From: Octopus sinensis
Lineage: Eukaryota
Direction of reading: 5' to 3'
Length of the DNA stretch: 17,347 nt
Assembly: GCF_006345805.1 (NCBI RefSeq)
Contig: NW_021824906.1
Span: 1 to 17,347, forward strand
Shown here: piece by piece, positions 9,536 to 17,347 of the stretch
Layout of the letters: each line of letters begins with the position of its first letter
How positions within the stretch are numbered: position 1 is the stretch's first letter
Made by a program: the position numbers and the translations under genes
The notes under the pieces: model-generated
Database searches by the model: none
Told to the model about the DNA's origin: nothing
Seen by the model: the letters and a program-made list of their open reading frames with translations, nothing else

Positions 9536-9909
9536 CTAGCACTATGACCCAGCAACGCTGGGTCATAGTGCTAGTGCATGCATATACAGCTGCATGCATG
9601 TGCACATACACACGAGTACTGTCCAAATCTCCGACCAATCACATACAGCTAGCTGGCATTCAATTGGCGTATCAAGTTCGGGCATTTTCATTGCGTTTTG
9701 GATAGAAAATTCACAAAAAAGTCACTTCTATTGATTTTTTAATGGCTTTGCGGGGTGACTGGGGAAATGTAAAGAAGTGCACGACCACCCTTGGACAGTT
9801 TTTGAATGACCATAGAAAGTGCGAGCCCTCTAACTGAGAAATTGTGGATTTGTATAAAGGACACACACACAGACGTTTTGCTGTTTATATATATATATAT
9901 ATATATATA
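9536..9909 (-). mobile_element. Non-autonomous Helitron-like element with palindromic CTAG end
   Basis: Hairpin plus CTAG at 9536-9574. The opposite end reads tatatataaacagcaaaacgtctgtgtgtgtgtcc on the minus strand, a typical 5' pattern of animal non-autonomous Helitrons. No clean 5'-TC terminus is visible. Confidence 0.55.
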
Positions 9910-9933
9910 AAATAAAGTATATAGCTATATATT

Positions 9934-10074
9934 CACTGGTATTTAATTTATCCACCCAAAAAGGATGCAAGGCAAAGTTGCCTCAGCAGAATTTGAACTT
10001 GGAATGTAACAACAGGCAAAATGCCACTAAGCATTTTGTCTGGTGTACTAAGGATTCTGCTAACTCACCGTCTT
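9934..10074 (-). mobile_element. Family A SINE 5' half
   Basis: The reverse complement gives aagacggtgagttagcagaatcc...aagttcaaattctgctgagg...gccttgcatcc...aataccagtg. (TAA)n at 10074-10086 lies directly 5' of the head. Confidence 0.75.
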
Positions 10075-10469
10075 AATAATAATAATTTATGAAGATCCAA
10101 GTAACTCTTCATGAAGCTAAAGTAAGCAATAAGAACCACATGATATGATAAGTATTGTAAAAAAGAACCCTACAGTATCTATGTACCGGGTCATACATAT
10201 CAGACCCTTCTGTTTAATGGTGGTTTTCAGAAACTACATTGCTATCATAGGTTCTTTAAATTATTATCATAGAAGGAGAAAAGTCCCTGGTTGTAGGGGT
10301 AACCAGCATATATGGGCTTCCTTGATTGTCTGTGGGTAAATCTCCCCCACTTTTAGGGAATTTTATTGTTAACTGTTCTTGTTTCAATTTTATAGACAAA
10401 GTTTTGTGCTAAGTCTTAGTTGTCCCTTGTGTTGTATTGTCCCTTTTTGTTTTACATTCAGCCCTCGGG

Positions 10470-11040
10470 GTTTATCTGTTGTGTGTATATGTGTCTCCTT
10501 ATCTTGACACCACATGAGACTTGTGTTGCTATCACACATGTAGTGTCATTTGTTCCTACTCCTTCATGGGAACATTTTTTTGGCTGAGATTTTGGCATTC
10601 CCATGCTGGGTGGTGCATGAGGCAATCAAAGTACTTCAGCAAAGATTAGTCAGCTGCTACCCTCAGTGCATCATTTCATCATAAATTTGCTGAGGTCCCT
10701 GATGACTGTCTAATGCCAGTTCATTGTGGGGTGGCTCAAAAGCTGCTGTCTGTTAGGGTTTCACCTAAGCATTTGGTTGGTGAATCTGTTCATCACAAGT
10801 CTCATCATATGTTCTTGTCAACTCAGATAGCATTTGCCAATAGTGATGGACACTGGGCATTGGTCTGCTTTCCTTCTGACCATCTCATTGCTGATAAAGT
10901 CATTCCATTTGAAATCTTAGGGAAATATCTTTTTTGGAATGTTGGTGATGGGAAGAGTAACCAACTATAGAAAATTTACCTCAGTAAATTCCATCTAACT
11001 CATGCAGGTATTGAAAAATGGATGTTAAACAATGATGCAT
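10470..11040 (+). mobile_element. Degenerate SINE 3' half (C-type tail) interrupted at about 10584/10917 by an RTE fragment
   Basis: 10480-10584 and 10917-11038 align in order with 840-1100 (…aacat…tggc ^ agggaaatat…ttggtgatgggaag…gatgttaaacaatgatg). Confidence 0.55.
10585..10916 (-). mobile_element. Decayed 5'-truncated RTE-clade LINE, ORF C-terminus
   Basis: The continuous minus frame KWNDFISNEMVRRKADQCPVSITIGKCYLS*QEHMMRLVMNRFTNQMLR*NPNRQQLLSHPTMNWH*TVIRDL matches the RTE pattern W.D.ISNE.VRR...Q.P.S..I....L.W.GH..R....R...Q.L.W.P......GRP...W...V..DL. Confidence 0.75.
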
Positions 11041-11532
11041 ATAGATTTTGCAATCTATCAAGCAAGTAGTAACTAATAACTATGAGTCCATTGGAATCCT
11101 TTCATCAGCTCAATGACCATGCTCTACTTTGAGAAGCCACACCATTCCTGTTAATTTGGTTTTTCTGTTAGTTTGATATTTCAATCTCAATTTAATATTT
11201 CTTTGTCATTACAACAAGATTATGCATTACCAATGGCACAATTTCATTTTTTTTTTCTCTCTCCACATCCTTTCAAACCTTTCTTCTCAAGCCTTGGTAT
11301 TTTTCTGTCTTTTCTGTTGTCAACTGGAGTTAATACGTTTATTGATTTCCAAATGTCTTTCTGCTCTGTTGGCAATAACAATGCCTGGTTTTATTGCCTT
11401 AGTCATTTGATCACATTCAGAATTGAAATCCTAGAACTCACCTCATTTTTTTTTTATCACTGTATTTTGTTACTATTTGTATTACATACCAAATTAAATA
11501 GGTCAAAATTAATTTTTTTACTTTCCAATAAA

Positions 11533-12060
11533 CATCGTTATCATCATCATCATTTTACTGTCTACTTTCCCTGTGCTTTCATGGTTCAAAGAGAATTCGT
11601 TGAAGCAACTTTTCTATAGTTGGATGCCCTTCCTGTCACCAACTTTCACCTGATTTCAAGTATGGTAATATTTCGCCATATTTGTGATGAACAGACTCAG
11701 CAACCAAATGCTTAGGTGAAACCCTAACAGACAACAGCTTTTGAGCCACCCCACAATGAACTGGCATTAGAAAGTCATCAGGGACCTTCAGTAAACATGT
11801 AGCCAAACATATTTCGATGGAAGATTGAAAATAAATGATGCTACATGCATAAACAGTGACATTCACATATGCAAATGCACACACACACACACACACGCAC
11901 ATTTTGTTTGTCTTTCAAATCCAGCGAAGGCTTTTGTTTGGGTTGGGGATATAGTAGGAGACACTTTCAGTCTTACTGGTTAACACCCAAGGTACCATGC
12001 AGTAGGAATGAACTTGAAACCAAGTGATTGGGAAATAAACTTTGTAATCACACCTCTATA
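11533..12060 (-). mobile_element. SINE with family B head, (GT)n linker and C-type tail, interrupted at 11680-11801
   Basis: 11900-12060 aligns with 13141-13285 (B head). 11533-11679 and 11802-11870 align with the reverse complement of 840-1100 and contain ggatgcccttcctgtcaccaac. Confidence 0.6.
11682..11787 (+). repeat. Inverted copy of 10693-10798 (internal RTE piece)
   Basis: 102/106 identical by hand alignment. Also visible as the shared peptide in ORFs 10713-10970 and 11636-11902. Confidence 0.95.
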
Positions 12061-12379
12061 CTTGTATATACGATATTATCGTGCCTCATTTTTTTTCTAT
12101 TATCTTTCTGCAAGTTTACTGTATTTGCTCGCAAAGGAGCCAATGCTTTTGGGAATTCTATCACAGACTCTAAGTGTTTGATTCAAAATTTTTATCCACA
12201 TAAAGTTTTACATTGTTCCAAGCATTTGTTCTTGTACTTCAGTTCCAGTATGGATTTTTGCATCCATTTCTCAGTGCCTTAAAACATTGCTTTTCCTCTC
12301 TCTTGTGTTCTGAATCACTTACATTCATCCTTGTTATCCCTTTCATTACCGTTTTTATGCCTTTGTTTCAGTTGATTTA

Positions 12380-12650
12380 GAAAGTAATAAAGAATTTAGA
12401 ATAGTTACTCGTTCATTATTAAGCAGGTGTTAGGAACTTAAAATAACATGGAATTTTCATGGAAGTCTTTTAATTTAAATCACTTTAACTATATTATTAC
12501 CATTTTCGATAAAATTCCCTGCATTTATTTCAATTAATTTTGAAAATAATGAAGAATTTTATAAAGTAACTGCCATTATTGAGCAGGTGCTTGGATCTTA
12601 AAGTAACTTGACATTTTGTAAGGTTTTAATTTAGTTCACTTTAAAATATG
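12380..12650. repeat. Two degenerate subrepeats with a period of about 162 bp
   Basis: aaagtaataaagaattt...cattattaagcaggtgttaggaacttaaaataac...tttaatttaaatcactttaa compared with aaaataatgaagaattt...cattattgagcaggtgcttggatcttaaagtaac...tttaatttagttcactttaa. Confidence 0.7.
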
Positions 12651-12739
12651 AAGCATGTATCAGAAAAGTGAAATTCTCAGCTGGGCTAATATCCAAAGGA
12701 TTAATGCATCCTATAGTTGTCATCGCACTAAGAACCTAT

Positions 12740-12870
12740 CACCATCAAGACCACCACCACCATCAACAACAACCACAACCACCAACACTACCACAACCAC
12801 CACTATCACACCACCACTACCACCACCACTATCACACCACCATTACCACCACCACTGTCACCACAGTGTT
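12740..12870. repeat. (CAC/CAA)n microsatellite
   Basis: Seen directly. Confidence 0.9.
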
Positions 12871-12900
12871 CCAGTAATGACACACAGTCTATTCCCAGAT

Positions 12901-13290
12901 TCTTACTCTTTTACTTGTTTCAGTCATTTGACTGTGGTCATGCTGGAGCGCCGCCTTTAGTCAAGCAAATCAACCCCAGAACTTATTCTTTGTAAGCCTA
13001 GTACTTATTCTATCAGTCTCTTTTGCTGAACTGTTAAGTTACATGGATATAAACACACCAGCATCAGTTGTCAAGTGATGTTGGGGGGACAAACACAGAC
13101 AAGCAAACATATACACACACACATATATACGACAGGCTTCTTTCAGTTTCCGTCTACCAAATCCACTCAGAAGGCTTTGGTCAGCCCGAGGCTATAGTAG
13201 AAGACACTTGCCCAAGGTGCCATGCAGTGGGACTGAACCCGGAACCATGTGGTTGGTAAGCAAGCTACTTACCACACAGCCACTTCTCCT
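12901..13290 (-). mobile_element. Family B tRNA-derived SINE, full length (CORE-like; cf. octopus OR2)
   Basis: Minus strand: gtggctgtgtggtaagtagc (A box), gggttcagtccc (B box), caccttgggcaagtgtcttc (CORE-like), a (GT)-rich linker, and the 3' end aaggcggcgctccagcatgaccacagtcaaatgactgaaacaagtaaaagagtaaga. Confidence 0.9.
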
Positions 13291-13305
13291 CCTTTTTTTT
13301 TTTTT

Positions 13306-13770
13306 AATACTGTCCCAACAACTGACCAAACTTCCACCATTTTTCTTGGTCAGATGATGCCAACTGATGCCATTTTATGGATGTAATTCCCCATGTGTTC
13401 TTAATTCCCCTGAGTTCCTAACTTCTGGAGTTCCTCCCTTTAATCCATTGAGTATTCTAGCTCCATATCTCATTACTGATCCACCCATACATTCATTGCT
13501 AATATCATGTTCCTTCCATTTAATTTTCTCGTTAACACCATTTTCAATCCTTTATGAATTTTTAATTTTTTTTTTTTTTTCCAAACTGTTTCTTCATTCC
13601 AATCTCCTTGATCTTGTTGGCCTCCTGATATTTCTATGTTCCTCTATCCGTTCTATTCAATGTGTTCCAGTATTTGACTGTCAGGTAGCATTACCCTATC
13701 TGCTAACTCTATCTTTCCTCATTCCATTATAAGTATACCACACTTTATACCAAATTCCATTCTTGTGTTG
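13306..13770 (-). mobile_element. Decayed R4/Dong-clade non-LTR reverse transcriptase fragment (late RT/thumb region)
   Basis: Across stops and frameshifts: RMEFGIKCGILIME*GKI...QEANKIKEIGMKKQFGK...LKMVLTRKLNGRNMILAMNVW...SVMRYGARIL...EELQKL...HGELHP*...LTKKNGGSLVSCWDSI. This matches the R4/Dong pattern MEFG..KC / L.S.LNG.N.I.AIN.W / RY..GI..W / HP.SD..RLY..RK.GGRGL. Confidence 0.75.
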
Positions 13771-13857
13771 TTTTTTTTATTATTTAACAAATCTTGAATT
13801 ACTGCATTTCTGCATTTTTCATTTAGAACCTGAAGACAGACATACTGATGAAATGAT

Positions 13858-13956
13858 ATTGTTGTTGTTGTTGTTGTTGTTGTTGTCCTTCCCCTCTGCT
13901 GCCACCACCACTTATTATTATCATCATTATTATTATTATTATCATCATTATTATTA

Positions 13957-14002
<46 letters not shown>

Positions 14003-14145
14003 GTTTTTTCCTTCTTTCTTCAAATTTTCTTCCGTTTCTCACTGAGTGTTTTCCATACACCTAGAAAAACGGAAGAAAATTTTAAGAAAGAAGGAAAAAA
14101 AACATAATAATGATGATGATGATGGTGATGGTGGTGGTGGTGGTG

Positions 14146-14200
<55 letters not shown>
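13858..14200. repeat. (TTG)n, (TAT/CAT)n, (GAT)(GGT)(ATT)n microsatellites
   Basis: Seen directly; they explain ORFs 13719-14060, 13763-14107, 13823-14023 and part of 14020-14460. Confidence 0.9.
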
Positions 14201-14201
<1 letters not shown>

Positions 14202-14232
14202 GGCAGCAAGCTGGCAAAACCATTAGCACTCT
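14200..14232 (+). mobile_element. Family A SINE head remnant
   Basis: aaggcagcaagctggcaaaaccattagcac directly after (ATT)n; compare 5747. Confidence 0.55.
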
Positions 14233-14560
14233 GAGAGCTGGTTTCAGCCAGGTTGGTAACAAAATGGTTAAACTTGTATTTTGCACATGGCAGCATCCTT
14301 GTAAGTTGTTTGAAGCATGGGAACTGTTTTGGCTGCTGTTTTCTCTAGAAGAAAACAGAATTTCACAGAAGCAGGCTGTCCCCTTTGTTTTAGCCCTTGC
14401 AAAAGTCAGTGAACAGGGGAGAAGCATGGCAAAACAAAGTTGCATCTTGTGGCAGTGCAACTTAACACACCACTACTTGGTAGACTGACGCTTGAAGATT
14501 GCGTTAAGTGGCTTCTAGTGGCAGAAGCCTGAACTACAATGGGTGTGACCCACAGAGAAT

Positions 14561-14591
14561 GTTTCCAGTTACTTTTGCGTACCCCCTTGTA
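14561..14591. mobile_element. Possible lone Tc1/mariner terminal repeat
   Basis: The minus strand reads TA-caagggggtacgcaaaagtaactggaaac, similar in layout to the TIR at 7474-7511. No partner TIR or clear transposase frame was found. Confidence 0.3.
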
Positions 14592-14619
14592 TATGTGTTT
14601 ATAGATATATATATGTCAA

Positions 14620-14795
14620 GGTTTGTGGCTTAGTGGTTAGGGTGTTGGGCACATGATTGTAAGATTGTGGTTCTGTTTCTTGGACTGGGTGATGTGTTCT
14701 TGAGCAAGACATTTCATTTCACATTGATCCTGTCCACTCAGCTGCCCAAAACAAGTAATCCTGCAATGAACTGATGTCCCATCCAGATGGCAAAC
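14620..14795 (+). mobile_element. Family D tRNA-derived SINE (degenerate)
   Basis: A box tggcttagtggttag (14626-14640), a decayed B box, then ttcttgagcaagacatttcatttcacattg...ccactcagctg, which resembles a conserved SINE central domain (Meta/V type, from memory). Confidence 0.6.
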
Positions 14796-14798
14796 ATA

Positions 14799-15598
14799 GG
14801 TGCAGGCATGGCTGTTGATAAGAAGCTTGCTGCCCAACCACATGTTTCTGGGTTCGATCCCACTGTTGACACCTTGGGCAAGTGTCTTTTCCTATAGCCT
14901 CAGGCTGACTAAAACCTTGCAAGTGGATTTCGTAAACAGAAACTGAAAGAAGCCTATCATATGTGTGTGTATTTATCCCTCACCACCACTGGGCGACCAG
15001 TGTTGGTGTGTTTACATCCTTATAACATAGCAGTTTGGCAAAAGAGACTGACAGAATAAATACCAGGATTAACAAATGTAAAATAAGTACTAGGTTGATT
15101 CATTCAACCAAAACAAATTCTTCAAGGCGGTGCCCCAGCATGGTTGCAGTCTAATTCTACTATATGGCTCAGATAACTTGAGCGTTATCAAAGAAGCTTG
15201 AGAGGCGGTTGGATGGAACTTACACTCGCCTCCTTATGAGAGCTCAAAATCTCTCGTGGAAGCATCATCCAACCAAAATACAAATATATGGGAAACTACC
15301 ACCTGTATCATCTCTTGTGAAAGGTAGAAGAGTCCAGTTTGCTGGACATTGTTGTAGAGCTGAAAACGAGGTAATTTCTACTCTTCTCCTCTGGAAGCCA
15401 TCTACTCGCAATACCAGAGGGCACACACTCTCCTACCCTGATGTAATCTCCAGGGATACAGGCATCCAGCAACAGGACCTCCGTAATGCTCTGATGGACC
15501 GTGAAGTCTAGCGCAACATAGTAAATTCCATTGTCTCGATCACGGTCGAACGATGATGATGATGCAGTCTAATGACTGAAACAAATAAAAGATAAAAG
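14799..15598 (+). mobile_element. Family B SINE, split by an RTE insertion at 15156-15562
   Basis: B box gggttcgatccc (14850-14861) and caccttgggcaagtgtc are present. The 3' end resumes as gcagtctaatgactgaaacaaataaaagataaaag after the insert. Confidence 0.85.
15156..15562 (+). mobile_element. 5'-truncated RTE-clade LINE with (GAT)n tail and 11-bp TSD
   Basis: LYGS / frameshift / *ALSKKLERRLDGTYTRLLMRAQNLSWKHHPTKIQIYGKLPPVSSLVKGRRVQFAGHCCRAENEVISTLLLWKP...SYPDVISRDTG...LMDREV*RNIVNSIVSITVER*. TSD tgcagtctaat at 15145-15155 and 15563-15573. Confidence 0.9.
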
Positions 15599-15708
15599 GA
15601 AGAAAAGAAAAGGTTTATGCCATGGAACCTGGGAAACTGGGAAACTGGCCCGTGTGTCTGTATGACTGAGGTGAGATCTTTGTCCTATCCTTTTTTCCAT
15701 AAACATTT

Positions 15709-16252
15709 ATCTTCTATCTTCTACCTCTTTCAGTCATTAGACTATGGCCATGCTGGGGCACTGCCTTGAAGAATTTTTAGCTGAATGAATCAACTCCAGG
15801 ATTTTTTTTTTTAAAGCCTGATACTTATTTTGTTGGTCCCTTGTTACTGAACTGCTAAGTTATGGGAACGTGAACATACAAACACCTGTTTCTTTACTAC
15901 CCACAAGGGGCTAAACAAAGAGAGGACAAACAAGGATGGACAAACGGATTAAGTCGATCATATCAACCCCAGTGCGTAACTGGTACTTATTTAATCGACC
16001 CCGAAAGGATGAAAGGCAAAGTCGACCTTGGCGGAATTTGAACTCAGAACGTAGTGACAGATGAAATACTGATAAGCATTTCGCCCGACGTGCTAACGAT
16101 TCTGCCAGCTCACCGCCTTATACGTGAGCATACAAACACCTGTTGTCAAGTGGTGGTGGTGATGGGGACAAATACAGACACAAAGACAGGATTCTTTCAG
16201 TTTCCATCTACCTAGTTGCTCACAAGGTTTTGGTTGACCCAAAACTATAGCA
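15709..16252 (-). mobile_element. Family B SINE (5'-truncated), split by a family A copy
   Basis: 15709-15890 and 16122-16252 align in order with 12901-13200. Confidence 0.75.
15891..16121 (-). mobile_element. Family A SINE (subfamily A2), full length, 23-bp TSD
   Basis: A/B boxes and central domain as at 5747. Flanks acgtgaacatacaaacacctgtt (15868-15890) and acgtgagcatacaaacacctgtt (16122-16144). Confidence 0.92.
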
Positions 16253-16686
16253 AGGAAAAGGAGAGGGTTTAATAAGTTTATATAAGCTGTCATTCAGATC
16301 ATCAACACACCAACACTCTCTCCATTCTCTCTCTCTCTCTCTCCTCTCTGATTTATCAGGTGAAAAATATCAGGTTTAACGAGTTAACTGAAATCAACAA
16401 TTAAAATGTATATTTGTGTGTATGTACATGTATGTGTGCATGTATGCATGTATGATTGTATGTGTGTGTGTGTGAGAAAATTTGAGAATCTGTATAGTTG
16501 CTTGACCTGCTGGAAATAATAGCCAAATCTCTCTCAATGTCATACACTAACATTATATAAATGAGAGGTCACACTGGATAAGACGGAAAAAATACACATG
16601 CACACATACACGTATGTATTCCCTATAAAAGAATTTTCTGTTTTTCTTACCCACCTTTGTTATCTTTTATGCTTTTCTTCCACCTT

Positions 16687-16724
<38 letters not shown>

Positions 16725-16984
16725 ATGACCTGATGACCCAGAAGTTGTTGCTCTTCCATTACTTTCACAAACAGCAGTAACTTTCTTCAGCTGAATACAT
16801 GTCATTGATTAGTTAAAATTACCCAAATATGACAACTTTAACATGAAATAACTTCTAAAATACAAAATTCTGTCAAAAACGTTAAGAGTAAACCGTGTTC
16901 TACATGACACATTCAACCAGTATCTGAAGTTTCAGACTGTTTAATTAAAAAAAATTAATTAAAAAATCTGTGACTAAGATTGAA

Positions 16985-17096
16985 TAGTTGTTTTGAGTTA
17001 GACCTTGTATCTTTGAAGATGGTAACTCTGTGGTCTTTTCCCTGAAGTGAACTCATTGAAGAAGACTTGACATGGGAACCTTGATGCTTCCATTCT
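16985..17096 (-). mobile_element. Decayed RTE-clade LINE fragment, interrupted by a SINE and continuing at 17342-17347
   Basis: With the SINE removed, the minus frame reads CSRMEASRFPCQVFFNEFTSGKRPQSYHLQRYKV*LK, matching the RTE pattern RM...R.PKQ..YGEL..GKR..G....RYKD.LK. Confidence 0.6.
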
Positions 17097-17330
17097 TATT
17101 TCTTTATTGTCCACAAGGGGCTAAACATAGGGGGGACAAACAAGGACAGACAAAGAGATTAAGCTGATTACATCGACCCCAGTGCCTAACTGGTACTTAA
17201 TTTATCGACCCCGAAAGGATGAAAGGCAAAGTCAACCTTGGTGGAATTTGAACTCAGAACGTAACCGCAGATGAATACGGCTACGCATTTCACCCGGCGT
17301 GCTAACGTTTCTGCCAGCTTGCCGCTTTAG
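17097..17330 (-). mobile_element. Family A SINE (subfamily A2), full length, 11-bp TSD
   Basis: Homologous to 15891-16121. TSD gcttccattct at 17086-17096 and 17331-17341. Confidence 0.92.
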
Positions 17331-17347
17331 GCTTCCATTCTGCTACA

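Noticed and set aside
10145-10339. 64-aa ORF in unique-looking sequence
   Set aside because: All six frames were read with no recognisable protein similarity, and the length is compatible with chance.
10686-11795. The 106-bp inverted repeat as TIRs of a 1.1-kb MITE or foldback element
   Set aside because: The left arm is the interior of a continuous RTE frame extending on both sides, and no TSD flanks the pair.
10713-11902. Two ORFs sharing MPVHCGVAQKLLSVRVSPKHLV as paralogous genes
   Set aside because: They are the antisense frame of a decayed RTE and its inverted copy; the meaningful frame is on the other strand and contains stops.
14020-14488. 146-aa minus and 74-aa plus ORFs over non-repetitive-looking sequence
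   Set aside because: No recognisable motif, and part of the length comes from microsatellite and SINE head. More likely a decayed TE interior.

Overview
Eukaryotic, AT-rich, microsatellite-dense intergenic or intronic DNA. The SINE families match octopus (coleoid cephalopod) repeats as I remember them; no database search was run. I find no credible host gene, RNA gene or CRISPR array. The supplied ORFs come from simple repeats, SINE text or decayed transposon frames. The window contains at least four SINE-type families (my labels: A, tRNA head plus central domain; B, tRNA head plus CORE-like domain; C, RTE-type 3' ends with a (GAT)n tail; D, a tRNA head). It also holds three RTE LINE fragments, a CR1 3' end, an R4/Dong-type RT relic, a mariner transposase relic with one TIR, Helitron-like non-autonomous elements and a possible hAT MITE. 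Several insertions are nested with readable target-site duplications. Most interesting: (1) two inverted SINE copies carrying RTE sequence at the same internal site, the second a 96%-identical internal piece that normal retrotransposition cannot explain; (2) an unexplained inverted-plus-direct repeat cassette at 7523-8043; (3) a SINE subfamily repeatedly sitting in (TTA)n, in a window that also holds a Dong-type LINE relic; (4) a perfect 18-bp palindrome with CTAG at both feet at a Helitron-like end. None of these is shown to be a new biological system.
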